A stretch of 64,000 bases of DNA from Candidatus Spongiisociaceae bacterium (GTDB lineage: Bacteria > Actinomycetota > Acidimicrobiia > Spongiisociales > Spongiisociaceae). The notes beneath the pieces are model-generated. The model did not search any database and was not told the DNA's origin. It saw only the letters and a program-made list of their open reading frames with translations. Location: assembly GCA_965202665.1 (NCBI GenBank), contig OZ241841.1, positions 2,496,001 to 2,560,000 of the forward strand. The letters run 5' to 3'. Of the stretch, positions 43,001 to 51,974 are shown one piece after another (position 1 is the first letter of the stretch; the number at the start of each line of letters is the position of its first letter). Made by a program: the position numbers and the translations under genes.

Positions 43001-43313
43001 GATAGCCGACACCCGACGGTCTTGTTTCCGGCCATATCCATAACTGGCGGTTTCCGTCGACGAAAATTAGCAATCGCTCTCGGGATCGCTTGGAAATTTC
43101 TCGGTCGATGAGCCGTCGCTCCTGGGATCCGGGTATGCCGTCAATCTGCCATACGCCCACTCCCCGTTTGGCGGCCACCTGCTGCACCGCATTGTCCTGT
43201 CCGATGCCGGGGAGGGTGTCGTGTTCGGGGTTGTCCCAGCCCAGGTAGTTGAACAATTCGGTGAAGTCGCCGCGGTCCAAGAACTTGCGGATGCATTCCG
43301 TGTCCACCCTCAT
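40068..43313 (-). CDS. Eco57I-like/Type IIG-type N6-adenine DNA methyltransferase with C-terminal TRD
   Basis: ILGYVFE, GAYYTKE, LDPTCGSGAFL (motif I), GFDVVIGNPPY (motif IV). Confidence 0.88.
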   Translation of the reverse strand: MRVDTECIRKFLDRGDFTELFNYLGWDNPEHDTLPGIGQDNAVQQVAAKRGVGVWQIDGIPGSQERRLIDREISKRSRERLLIFVDGNRQLWIWPETRPSGVGYHLVTYKYQVGTMNEHLVQRLAGIRFCVEEEDNLTVMDVLNRVRGQFKADKITKRFYDDFREHHENLTKFIKGIESFADRSWYGSVLLNRLMFIYFLQKKGFLEGDRDYLRNRLNMVRGLLGEDSFYGFFRKFLLPLFHEGFGSHQHLYNDPNIAEIIGEIPYVNGAIFDPHYLEEQHNINIPDREFERIFDFFDQYRWHLDERPTYEPNEINPDILGYVFEQLVNQKEQGAYYTKEDITGYMTSVTVIPALLDRLDLTDDPMDLLLLEPDRYIHESISYGITEKLPDDIAAGVADPAQIVDEDWFEKSPPNIGLPGETWWETIDRHRHYRELRKRVAEGEIRTVDDAITANLDLRTLITDFLGMLTPIESVESAYRTLQKITILDPTCGSGAFLFAALDILADCYTALLDRAAELSIGNTTPNMLREADEHRNRMYFIYKQATLNNLYGVDLMPEAGEIARLRMFLKLVAQLSEGDNIEPLPGLDFNIKTGNLLVGIAHLKDAEERLGMELLGLDKVEDIKQSAIPLANLMNEFSQAEQQNDDPNTLREMKRKIKNEQEILRSRLNNNLYEIRTEQDDFDQWVGSHQPFHWFVEFPAIFNNGGFDVVIGNPPYISRNKVIGYKWHGFQTNNLANIFNVCVERSLQFINHNSRFSMILPVSFQFRKDFNKTRNIVTQSLPKRWISTYDKDPDPLFAGVKVRVIILAGSACSTAEQSYLSVTRFYRCLKKYRPVLFENIRYTRLPKEIEKHIGWLKIGSPQEGKILQQLLSNETTIGNLTVKSGVILSYKTVLYHYISSFIDPPEAYDLFGDPLEQPQVKSIFFQSRHSRNAALAISLSKISLLWWACSGDGFHLTKSGILSIPIPGRREFLKELSHLAPDIHEALKETLKYAKNAKQWVGNYDAREIRYITDQIDKMILHEIGLDHLWPYIQLFNATFMKQSGGKTALVKTPKFIKKYNKGSDDEPGDNDPPPITNHH

Positions 43314-46300
43314 GGCGCGAACCCCATGGAGCAGAGCAGGCGCACCTCGCCTTCAGCTAGTTTGTCTTCCGGTAGGCATAGAGTCCCCGCTTCGTGCAGG
43401 GCCATTATCAGTTGCGCCAAATCTTCGGGGGTTCTTTCCCGCAGGGCTTTGGCTAGGCGATTGGCGGCGTCTTCTAGAAGCGGTTTGCGGAACAGCTCAT
43501 CCAGCGCCTTGTCGATGGCGCTGCCGTCGATGAACAGGCTGTCCGGATATTTTTCCTTATAGTTGCGGAGGCGGTCCCAGCATCTTTTGCGGATGCCGGT
43601 GAGGGAACCTTCCCGGTGGGCGGCGGGGGACAGCAGCGGGCCGGTGACCGCGGTGGCCACCAGTTCGTGGTGGGCGGCGATATGGGGGGGGGGGGTGGCG
43701 TTATCGACTGGTTCGCATTGCGCGGTTTGCAGGGCCTGATAGGGGTCCAGCAGGCGGGAATCCCACTCCAAGTTGGTGAAAGCCAGGGCGGGCAGGCCGT
43801 AGCTCTTTTCGGCGCAGGCCAGCACGCCCGCTTCCCCGTCCGGCGGGGCGGCGATTGTGGAATACACTCCGTCGGGGAGGGCTTCCGCTTGCTTGGCCAG
43901 ATCAGGGTGATGTTCTTCCGCGCGCCGCCAGATTTCATAGGCGTGGGACGCCCAATCCACTTCTTCGTCCGGTTCCTCCCAATCCATGCGGGAATTCTCG
44001 TCGTACAATCCTTCCAAAAAGCGCTGTTCTCCTTCCTCCCCGAAGAAAGTCTCATCGGAGCCGAACACGTATGCGCTTTCCGCCAGACGGCGGGCTATCC
44101 GTTTGCGCAGGCCGATCACCGCCTCCACCCCTTCCGCGGGCAGGAACGAATAGACCAGCACCTCCCGGTTTTTCTGTCCAATGCGGTCCACCCTCCCCGC
44201 CCGTTGGATGATTTTCACGATCGCCCACGGCAGGTCGAAGTTGACCACGATGTGGGCATCCTGCAGGTTCTGCCCTTCCGACAGCACATCGGTGGCGACC
44301 AGCACCCGGATTTCCTCCGAATCGGCGGGCAAACCCCCGATAGGGCGGTTGGCTTTTGGGGAGAAACGGCGGGCGGCGGCGGTCGGATCGTCGGAGGAGC
44401 CCGACACCGCCTCCACCGACTCCACTCCCCGCCGCCGGAGGGAGCGGGCAACGTATTCGGCCGTGTCCCGGTATTCGGTGAACACCAGCACTTTGTCATG
44501 ACGGTGGGCGCCTTGGAGAAGTTCCTGCAAGGCGTCCAGTTTGGAATCTTCTTCTTGCTTCCACTCGCCCAAAAATCCCAGCAGGTCTTCCAGAAGGGCG
44601 CAGTCCCGTTCCAGTTTTTCGGCCAACTTGTCGGTGAACAGTTCCGGGCGCACCCATTTTACGGCGCGGCCCGCTTTGGCTTCGATCGCCCGGTGGACGG
44701 CGGCCGCCGCCTGCTCCCATTCCCGCGCCGTCCGGGGGGCGGCGGCCGGGCTTTCCTCACCCGGCCAGGGCTCCGCGTCTTCTTCGTCCTCCCATTGCGG
44801 GTTCTCGTAGTGCCCGATGGGCAGGGGAAGGCCCCGCCGTATGGCGTGCAGGTAAACCCGGTCCCGCAACAGGTGCCGTTCCAGGCTTATTCGGAAAACC
44901 GCCCCCGATGAGGAAAGCCGCTTGTACAGCCGGGTGCGGGTGATGCCGATCAGGTTGGCGGCGGCTTTCCTCCATCTTTCCATAATCTCCGCTTCCGCTT
45001 CGGTCGGTTCGGCCTGCGGGTGCAGGAATTTGGCCAGGGTGTAACGGGGCAGGCTCAGCCGGTCGATGGAATCCAAAGTGCGGTCGGACATCATCGTCGC
45101 GGTGGGGGAATCCGGGGGGACGTCGTGGCGGAGCGGATGGGGGACGCGGCGGGGGAAGACGATGGGCCGGCCGTCGGAGCCGGTAAGGTTTTCCCCGTAG
45201 TTTTTTTCAATGAAACGGCGGGTACGGCGCACCAGGAACAGGGACATCAAACGCCGGTAATCCTCCGCTTCTTCACTGCGTCGGAAAGCCCCCAAAGTTT
45301 GCGGTTTGTCTTCGCATTGGCGCAGAAACTCAACATCGCCCGTTTTCATGATGTGCCGTTCCGGGCGGATGCCCAAATCGGCGTCCGGGTTCACGAACAG
45401 CCCCAGTTGGTTTGCCACGTCCAAAAAGCGCTTGTTGTAGGGGGTGGCGGTGAGTAGGATCACTTTGCTGTCGTTGCGCCCGATGTAGTCTTTGAGTTGG
45501 ATGTAGTCTTTACGGGTGCGGGTGCGCAGGTTGTGGCTCTCATCGATGACCACCACCCGGTAGCGGCGCATTTCGGGCAGATCGCGGGCAACCAGCGACA
45601 GGGACAGCACCCGGGCGTGCAACCGGTAATGCTCCACGTATCCTTGCCACATCGTCACCAGGTTTTTGGGGCAGACGATGAGGGTTTCGGAGCCGGTTTC
45701 CTCCTGCAGGAGCAGGGCGATGGCGGCGGCGATCATCGTTTTGCCCAGCCCCACCACGTCGCCCACCATCACCCCGCCCCGCCGGTTGAGGATGCGGGCC
45801 GCGATGCGCACCGCCGCCGCCTGGTAGTCGAACAGGTCGTCGGCCATCGACTGGGGGAGGCCGTATTCCACCAAGCCTTCCCGGGCCTCCCGGGACAGGT
45901 GGTAGGCCAGTTTCAGGTAGATCAGATAGGGATGCAGGCGGCGTTCGCCCGCCCATGATTCTTCCAGCGCCTCGATCAGTTCCGGGGTGATGTCCAAGGT
46001 GTACTGGTCGTGCCACAGGTTCTCGAACCAGTCGTGCAGTTTTGCGACCGCGTCGTGATCCAGCACGTCCACGTTCAGTTCCCCTTCCCGGGCCAGCCCG
46101 GCCATGGTCAGATTGGAGGAGCCGACGAAGCCGGTCATCGGGTTGTCCGGGTCGTCCCGGTGGCACAGGTACAGTTTGGCGTGCAGGCGGTGGCGCAGGA
46201 ACAGCCGGGCGCAGGCCCGGCCCTCCCGCAGGGAAAGGGTGAGATGGCGGAGGGCGGCTTGGTCGTCGGAGGAGGGGAGTCCCAGGGTTAGCTGGCGGCG

Positions 46301-46615
46301 CAGGTCGGCCAAGGCGTCTTTGCCGAGCCGGTCGGCGGTGCGGTTGTCCATACGGGGGGCGTCTCGTCCGATTTTGCGCCGCTTCTCGATTTCCACATGG
46401 GGCGGGTCGGCCATTCCCAGAAGCAACCGCACCTTGTGGGCCGGGGACGGGGCGCCGGGCGGAGGGTCGGACATGGCGTCCACCGACCCGGCCAGCAACC
46501 CCCAGCCCCGCAGGTTGAAGTAGCCGACGCAGGCGTCTAATTGATGGGAGTTGGGCAGGGACTGCCGGAGGGCCTCGTCCAAGCGGGCGTCCAGGTTGTC
46601 GAAAATACGCGGCAT
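43310..46615 (-). CDS. PLD-nuclease + SNF2-family helicase
   Basis: HAKLY...GSSNLT...ELN; DVVGLGKT, DESH, TATP, SEGQNLQ, QRAGRVDRIG; stop overlaps MTase start. Confidence 0.88.
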   Translation of the reverse strand: MPRIFDNLDARLDEALRQSLPNSHQLDACVGYFNLRGWGLLAGSVDAMSDPPPGAPSPAHKVRLLLGMADPPHVEIEKRRKIGRDAPRMDNRTADRLGKDALADLRRQLTLGLPSSDDQAALRHLTLSLREGRACARLFLRHRLHAKLYLCHRDDPDNPMTGFVGSSNLTMAGLAREGELNVDVLDHDAVAKLHDWFENLWHDQYTLDITPELIEALEESWAGERRLHPYLIYLKLAYHLSREAREGLVEYGLPQSMADDLFDYQAAAVRIAARILNRRGGVMVGDVVGLGKTMIAAAIALLLQEETGSETLIVCPKNLVTMWQGYVEHYRLHARVLSLSLVARDLPEMRRYRVVVIDESHNLRTRTRKDYIQLKDYIGRNDSKVILLTATPYNKRFLDVANQLGLFVNPDADLGIRPERHIMKTGDVEFLRQCEDKPQTLGAFRRSEEAEDYRRLMSLFLVRRTRRFIEKNYGENLTGSDGRPIVFPRRVPHPLRHDVPPDSPTATMMSDRTLDSIDRLSLPRYTLAKFLHPQAEPTEAEAEIMERWRKAAANLIGITRTRLYKRLSSSGAVFRISLERHLLRDRVYLHAIRRGLPLPIGHYENPQWEDEEDAEPWPGEESPAAAPRTAREWEQAAAAVHRAIEAKAGRAVKWVRPELFTDKLAEKLERDCALLEDLLGFLGEWKQEEDSKLDALQELLQGAHRHDKVLVFTEYRDTAEYVARSLRRRGVESVEAVSGSSDDPTAAARRFSPKANRPIGGLPADSEEIRVLVATDVLSEGQNLQDAHIVVNFDLPWAIVKIIQRAGRVDRIGQKNREVLVYSFLPAEGVEAVIGLRKRIARRLAESAYVFGSDETFFGEEGEQRFLEGLYDENSRMDWEEPDEEVDWASHAYEIWRRAEEHHPDLAKQAEALPDGVYSTIAAPPDGEAGVLACAEKSYGLPALAFTNLEWDSRLLDPYQALQTAQCEPVDNATPPPHIAAHHELVATAVTGPLLSPAAHREGSLTGIRKRCWDRLRNYKEKYPDSLFIDGSAIDKALDELFRKPLLEDAANRLAKALRERTPEDLAQLIMALHEAGTLCLPEDKLAEGEVRLLCSMGFAP

Positions 46616-46657
46616 TGTCGGCTAGCGTAGCCTCCTAATTAAGGATAAGGAGGGCTG

Positions 46658-46954
46658 ATGGCCGATAAAGTTTGGACCAGTCCGAGGGGCCACTACAAGG
46701 TGATCACCGTTATTCCCGATGGGTACGAGGGTGGAACCCGGGAGGAGTGGGCGGAGCGTTTGGGTTTGGATCTGAGCGTTTTCCAGAGGGAGGACAACGA
46801 AACCCCGGAGGAGAAGGCGGAACGCGTCGCGCGGGCGTCGGCTGAGGTGGATGCGTTGTTTGAGGAGATAGGTTTTACGCCCACCGAGGAGCAAATAGCC
46901 GAGGTAGAAGCCCTCTGGGAGTATATGGGCTGGCAGAAAACCCCGAACGGCTAG
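46658..46954 (+). CDS. Putative antitoxin, copy 1
   Basis: Acidic 98 aa; AGGAGG RBS; N-terminal ~58 aa nearly identical to 47147 ORF. Confidence 0.65.
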   Translation: MADKVWTSPRGHYKVITVIPDGYEGGTREEWAERLGLDLSVFQREDNETPEEKAERVARASAEVDALFEEIGFTPTEEQIAEVEALWEYMGWQKTPNG

Positions 46955-47146
46955 GCCGGGTAAGCCGGTTGGCAGGAGAACCCAGTCTTTGACGAACGAT
47001 CAAATCGCGGGACGACCCGCGACTTGCCGATTCCACGCTGGCTCGGCTTTGGCCTCCGTGCGGCGAAGGCGCCTGGGCAGTGATGGGAATATTTTATTTT
47101 GGGGGTGGGGGTAGGATGCGGGTAGCCGTAGGAAAGGAGATCGCTG

Positions 47147-47461
47147 ATGGCGACGGAAGTTTGGACCAGCCCAAGGGGCCACTACAAGGTGATCACCGTT
47201 ATTCCCGATGGGTATGAGAATGAGACCCGGGAGGAGTGGGCGGAGCGTTTGGGTTTGGATCTGAGCGTTTTCCAGAGGGAGGACAACGAAACCCCGGAGG
47301 AGAAGGCGGAGCGCGTCGCCAAGGCCCTTGCTGATAACAAGAGGCTCTTTGAGGAGCAGGGATGGAGATGGGAACGTACCCCGGAGGAGCAGGCTGAGTT
47401 GGACGCACTCTGGGAGTATCTGGGAGACAGTAGCCTGAACGGCGAGCCAGAGTTGGGTTGA
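47147..47461 (+). CDS. Putative antitoxin, copy 2
   Basis: Acidic 104 aa; stop overlaps PIN gene start. Confidence 0.7.
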   Translation: MATEVWTSPRGHYKVITVIPDGYENETREEWAERLGLDLSVFQREDNETPEEKAERVAKALADNKRLFEEQGWRWERTPEEQAELDALWEYLGDSSLNGEPELG

Positions 47462-47844
47462 TGGGTTATACCTACGACTCGGGGGCCTTGATCGCCGCCG
47501 AGCGCGGCAACGTCAGAATGTGGGGTATGCATAATGATATGGTGTCCAAAGGGGTCAGGCCGGTGGTGCCCGCTGGGGTGTTGGCCCAAGTGTGGAGGGG
47601 CGGAAGTGGCCGCCAGGCGGTTTTGGCGCGGATGTTGCAACAGTGTGAGGTAGAACCCTTGGAAGAGGGTTTGGCCAAGCAGGTGGGCGTCGCTCTCCAA
47701 AAGGCGGGATCGTCGGATGTGGTTGACACATCTGTCGTAGTGAGCGCCATAGGACGGGGGGACAGCGTAGTTACCAGCGACCCGCAGGACATCCAAGATA
47801 TATCGGATGCTTTAGGTAAACGGGTGAAAATTACCACTGTTTGA
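47458..47844 (+). CDS. PIN-domain (VapC-like) toxin
   Basis: YDSGALIA, VPAGVLAQVWRG, DVVDTSVV, VVTSDPQDI. Confidence 0.82.
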   Translation: MMGYTYDSGALIAAERGNVRMWGMHNDMVSKGVRPVVPAGVLAQVWRGGSGRQAVLARMLQQCEVEPLEEGLAKQVGVALQKAGSSDVVDTSVVVSAIGRGDSVVTSDPQDIQDISDALGKRVKITTV

Positions 47845-48092
47845 CCTTGCGGATGGGGAGGGGTGCGCTGTCCCGGGCTCGGCTATCCAACCCCGGCGTC
47901 GCAACCGAGCAGGGGCGCCTCGTGCGCGTTGCGTTCGTTGCGTGAACCTCGGGAACGCTAGGCGCTGATCGGATCTTCGCGTCCCCCTCCGCCCCCATCG
48001 TCTGCGCCGAAACATTCTGTCAGCGGGCTTCTGTTCGTCATCCGGGTCGGAGCCGCGGTGGGGGGCGGCGGGGCGAAAGGGGCGGGTTCGAT

Positions 48093-48139
48093 TTGACAGG
48101 TGGGATAAAGTGGACAATAGTGGGGCGAAGTGGTATAGT
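48093..48139 (+). promoter_or_regulatory. dcw promoter region with MraZ-binding repeats
   Basis: GTGG at 48100, 48110, 48120, 48130 (10-bp period) after TTGACA 48093. Confidence 0.8.
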
Positions 48140-48196
48140 TACCAACCCGCCCCCGGAGGAAGGGAGCGGTCCGGCAAGGAGGAAGGGAAGCCCGCG

Positions 48197-48628
48197 GTGT
48201 TTCTCGGCGAGTACCAACACTCGGTGGACGACAAGGGACGGATGGTTCTGCCCTCCCGGTTCCGCAACGGCATGGCCGATGGGTGCGTGGTCACCAAAGG
48301 CCAGGAGCGGTGCCTGTACGTCTTTCCGATGGCCCGTTGGCAGGAGGAAGTGGAGCGTTTCCGTTCCCTGCCCCGCACCGACGCCCGCGCCCGCCGCCTC
48401 ACCCGATCCTTCTTCGCCGGGGCCATCTCCCAGGAACTAGACGCCAACGGACGGGTGCAACTACCGCCGGGCCTGCGGGACTACGCCGGACTGGGCAAAG
48501 AAGTGACGGTGATCGGCGTCTCCGACCGGGTGGAGATTTGGAACACCGCCGAATGGACGGACTACACCGCCGCCGCCGACGAATTCTATTCGAACATAGA
48601 GGAGGCCTTATACGACGCCGGGATCTGA
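48197..48628 (+). CDS. mraZ: Division/cell wall cluster regulator MraZ
   Basis: FLGEYQHSVDDKGR, DANGR, DRVEIW. Confidence 0.95.
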   Translation: MFLGEYQHSVDDKGRMVLPSRFRNGMADGCVVTKGQERCLYVFPMARWQEEVERFRSLPRTDARARRLTRSFFAGAISQELDANGRVQLPPGLRDYAGLGKEVTVIGVSDRVEIWNTAEWTDYTAAADEFYSNIEEALYDAGI

Positions 48629-48731
48629 GAAAACGACAAGTCCCAAACCCCGGCTCATCGCCGGCTCTCCGGGAAACCATGGAAAGCCCTTACTCCGCCC
48701 GCTTAACTGGTTTCTCTCCGGAGGGCCGGCC

Positions 48732-49694
48732 ATGAGCCAGGAAAGCAGATTAAGCCGCGAACCGCAAATGGTTGACTTTCACACCCCGGTTCTGACCGGG
48801 GAAATAGTGGAGGTTTTCCGGCCGGTTACAGAGGGCGTCATCGTGGACGCCACCTTCGGCGGAGGCGGGCACGCGGCGGCCCTGCTGGACAACCTGGACG
48901 AAAAAGTGCGGGTGCTGGGGATCGATAGGGATCCCGAAGCGGTCGGACGGGCGGCCCCCCATCCGCGTTTGGAAGTACAAGTCGGGAACTTTGGAGAGAT
49001 GAAGCGGATACTTGCCGACAGGGGCATTGGCCGGATCGCCGGGGCGCTGTTCGACTTCGGCGTTTCCCGCCATCAGCTGGACTCCGCCGCCCGCGGTTTC
49101 TCCTATCGGCGGGACGGCCCGCTGGATATGCGGATGGGCCCCGACGCCCCTCTGACCGCCCGTCGCCTGGTCAACGACTCCCCCCTTTCCGAACTGGAGG
49201 GCATCCTGCGCCGCTTTGGGGAGGAGCCCGCCGCCCGCCGCATCGCGGCCGCCATCGTCGCAGCCCGCCCTGTGGAAACCACCGGACGGCTTAGCGAAGT
49301 GGTGCGCGCGGCCGCGCCCGCCGCCGCCCGCCGCCCGGGGCTTCATCCGGCCCGGCGCACCTTCCAGGCCCTGCGCATGGCGGTGAACGACGAGTTGACG
49401 GCGATAGCCGCCGGTTTGGAGCAGGCTTTGGCCGCCCTGGCCCCCGGCGGACGTTGCGCGGCCGTCTCCTACCATTCTTTGGAGGACCGGTTGGTTAAAC
49501 GCCGCTTCCGCCTGGGGGAGGGGAGGGGGGAGGGGCCGACTTTGCCGGTTCCGCCGCCGGTGGAACTGGTTTCCCTCCATCGCAAACCGTTGCGCCCCTC
49601 CGAGGAGGAAACCGCCCGCAACCCTTCCGCCCGCAGCGCCCGGTTGCGGGCGGTGGAAAAAACGGGAGCGGCCGCGCCGGGGGGGAGATTGTGA
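48732..49694 (+). CDS. rsmH: 16S rRNA m4C1402 methyltransferase
   Basis: HTPVL, DATFGGGGH, PLDMRM, FQALRMAVN, YHSLEDR, RSARLR. Confidence 0.95.
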   Translation: MSQESRLSREPQMVDFHTPVLTGEIVEVFRPVTEGVIVDATFGGGGHAAALLDNLDEKVRVLGIDRDPEAVGRAAPHPRLEVQVGNFGEMKRILADRGIGRIAGALFDFGVSRHQLDSAARGFSYRRDGPLDMRMGPDAPLTARRLVNDSPLSELEGILRRFGEEPAARRIAAAIVAARPVETTGRLSEVVRAAAPAAARRPGLHPARRTFQALRMAVNDELTAIAAGLEQALAALAPGGRCAAVSYHSLEDRLVKRRFRLGEGRGEGPTLPVPPPVELVSLHRKPLRPSEEETARNPSARSARLRAVEKTGAAAPGGRL

Positions 49695-50113
49695 CCGTCC
49701 GCCCGCTCCGCCGGTCGGAGAAGGCCCCGCCGTCGCTCACCGTTATCAGCGGAGGCGGGGGCAGGCGTTTCCGAGTGGCGCTGTGGGTGTTGGGACCGTT
49801 GCTGTCCGTGTCCATTTTCATGTCCCTCATTTTCATGCGCACCGCCTTGGATCAGTCCATCTACGAGTTGCGCAACCTCAACGAGCAGATAACCGAAGAA
49901 CGGGACCGGCGGCAAAGGTTGCGCCTGGAAATAACCCGTTTGTCCTCCCCGACCGTGATACTGCCCGCCGCCGAAGAGTTGGGGCTGATCCTCCCCGAGC
50001 GGGTGATGCAGCTGACGCCCTCCGGGCTGGGGCGGGACCGATCCGAATCGTCGTCCGATTTCCGAGACAACGACCCCACCCGGGATCTCACCCGCGCGGC
50101 GTCCGGACCTTGA
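49691..50113 (+). CDS. ftsL: FtsL-like cell division protein
   Basis: Single TM plus coiled coil, between rsmH and ftsI. Confidence 0.7.
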   Translation: MTVRPLRRSEKAPPSLTVISGGGGRRFRVALWVLGPLLSVSIFMSLIFMRTALDQSIYELRNLNEQITEERDRRQRLRLEITRLSSPTVILPAAEELGLILPERVMQLTPSGLGRDRSESSSDFRDNDPTRDLTRAASGP

Positions 50114-50204
50114 GACCGTGAGCGCGGCATGACCGGAAACGCTGTGAGCGCGGGAGGCGGGCGTCGTTTCAGGCCGGCGGCGGCCGAGGCGCGGGAGGTC
50201 GGAT

Positions 50205-51974
50205 TTGGCTAGGTTCCGCTGGCGGGCGGCCGTCGACTACCGGATGCTGACCGTCATCCTGCTGGTGCTCACCTGTTGGGGGGTGATCGGCTACCGCCTG
50301 TTTCAGGTGCAGGTGGTGGACGCCTCCGACTATCGGGAGGCGGCCGAGTCGCAACGGATCAGGGTGCGGGAAACCACCCCCGCCCGGGGGGTTATTTACG
50401 ACCGCCAGGGACGGGTGATGGCGGTCAGCGTCGACTCCCGCTCCGTCTACGCCGACCCCCGCCAGATCGAAAATCCGGCCGGGACGGCGGCCGTGTTGGG
50501 CGGCTTGCTGCGGTTGGACATCGCCCGGTTGGAGAAACGTCTGCGTTCCGACGCTTCGTTCGTGTTCGTGGCCCGCCAGTTGGACGACGAGTTGGCCGAT
50601 GAAGTGGAATCCTTGGAGTTCCCCGGCATCCACTTCACGACCGAGCCGAAACGAATGTACCCTTCCGGCCCGCTCGGTTCGCACGTCTTGGGGTTCGTTG
50701 ACGTGGACTCCAAGGGCATAGAAGGGTTGGAGTCCTTCTACGATGTTCAGTTGGCCGGCGCCCCGGGGCGGATTCTCGCCGAAACCGCCCCCGGCGGCCT
50801 GCTCATCCCGCAGGGCCGCCACGAGATAGAACCGGCCGTCCCCGGGATGGACCTGATCACCACTTTGGACCGGGAGGTGCAGTTCACCTCCGAACAGGCC
50901 TGCCGGGACGCCTTGGAGCAGTCCCTGGCCCAACGGTGCACGGTGGTGGTGTTGGACGCCCGCACTTTCGAAGTGCTGGCCATGGCGGTCATCCCCACCT
51001 TCGACCCCGGCGACCGGCGCACGTTGGATCCGAGCAGCGGGGTGCTGACCAACACCGCCGTCCGGGCCGTCTACGAACCGGGTTCCACCCAGAAGCTGGT
51101 GACGGTGACGGCCGCCATCGAAGAGGGGGTGGTGGACTGGAACACCTTGTATCTGGTGCCCGACACCATCGAAGTGGTGGAGGGCGCCTGCGAGTTGGAA
51201 TCCGACGGGGAGGACGGGGACGGCGGGGAGGAAGTGGAGGAGGCGGTGGAGATTCTGGGATGCTATCGGGATTTCAGCCCCCACAAAGACGAGGTGATGA
51301 GCGTCAAAGACTGCCTGCGGGAATCCTCCAACGTGTGCATGGTCAAAATCGCCCAGGATCTGGGGGCGGAGAAACTGGAGAAGTACCTGGAAGGGTTCGG
51401 CTACGGGCGGGGAACGGGAATCGACTATCCGGGCGAGGCGTCCGGGGAGGTGAACCTGGAATACGGGTGCTCCACCTGCCCCACGTCGGCCGCCATCGGA
51501 TATTCCCTGTCGGTCACCCCGTTGCAGTTGGCCGGCGTCTACGCGGCCATCGCCAACGACGGGGTGTGGCGGCAGCCCCGCTTGGTGTCCAGCGTGGTGG
51601 ACGGGGAGGGGCGCCGCCTCACCGAAGCGGGGGCTTCCCGGCGGGTGGTGTCGGAGGACACGGCCCGCATAATGCGCGCCCTGTTGCGCGAGGTGGTGGA
51701 CAACGGAACCGGGCGGCTGGCGGCCGTCCCCGGTTATTCGGTGGGCGGCAAAACGGGAACCGCCCGCAAGTTCAACTACGAGCTCAGGGCCTACGGGGAC
51801 GAATTTTTGGTCAGTTTCGTGGGGATGTCCCCGGTGGACGATCCGCGGCTGGTGGCGGCGGTGATGGTGGACAGCCCGCAGCTGGGCCTCACCGGCGGGT
51901 CGGTGGCGGCGCCGGTGTTCGCCCGGGTGATGGAACGGGCCTTGCACCAGCTGGGGGTTCCGGCCGATGCCTAG
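50205..51974 (+). CDS. ftsI: Penicillin-binding protein (class B, FtsI)
   Basis: RGVIYDR, EPGSTQK, SSN, KTGT. Confidence 0.92.
   Translation: MARFRWRAAVDYRMLTVILLVLTCWGVIGYRLFQVQVVDASDYREAAESQRIRVRETTPARGVIYDRQGRVMAVSVDSRSVYADPRQIENPAGTAAVLGGLLRLDIARLEKRLRSDASFVFVARQLDDELADEVESLEFPGIHFTTEPKRMYPSGPLGSHVLGFVDVDSKGIEGLESFYDVQLAGAPGRILAETAPGGLLIPQGRHEIEPAVPGMDLITTLDREVQFTSEQACRDALEQSLAQRCTVVVLDARTFEVLAMAVIPTFDPGDRRTLDPSSGVLTNTAVRAVYEPGSTQKLVTVTAAIEEGVVDWNTLYLVPDTIEVVEGACELESDGEDGDGGEEVEEAVEILGCYRDFSPHKDEVMSVKDCLRESSNVCMVKIAQDLGAEKLEKYLEGFGYGRGTGIDYPGEASGEVNLEYGCSTCPTSAAIGYSLSVTPLQLAGVYAAIANDGVWRQPRLVSSVVDGEGRRLTEAGASRRVVSEDTARIMRALLREVVDNGTGRLAAVPGYSVGGKTGTARKFNYELRAYGDEFLVSFVGMSPVDDPRLVAAVMVDSPQLGLTGGSVAAPVFARVMERALHQLGVPADA

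Noticed and set aside
40068-46615. DISARM or BREX system
   Set aside because: No DUF1998 (drmB), drmA, pglZ or brxC in the neighbourhood.
47850-48090. Possible ncRNA or tRNA between the PIN gene and mraZ
   Set aside because: GC-rich with possible hairpins but no recognisable tRNA, SRP or riboswitch motif.
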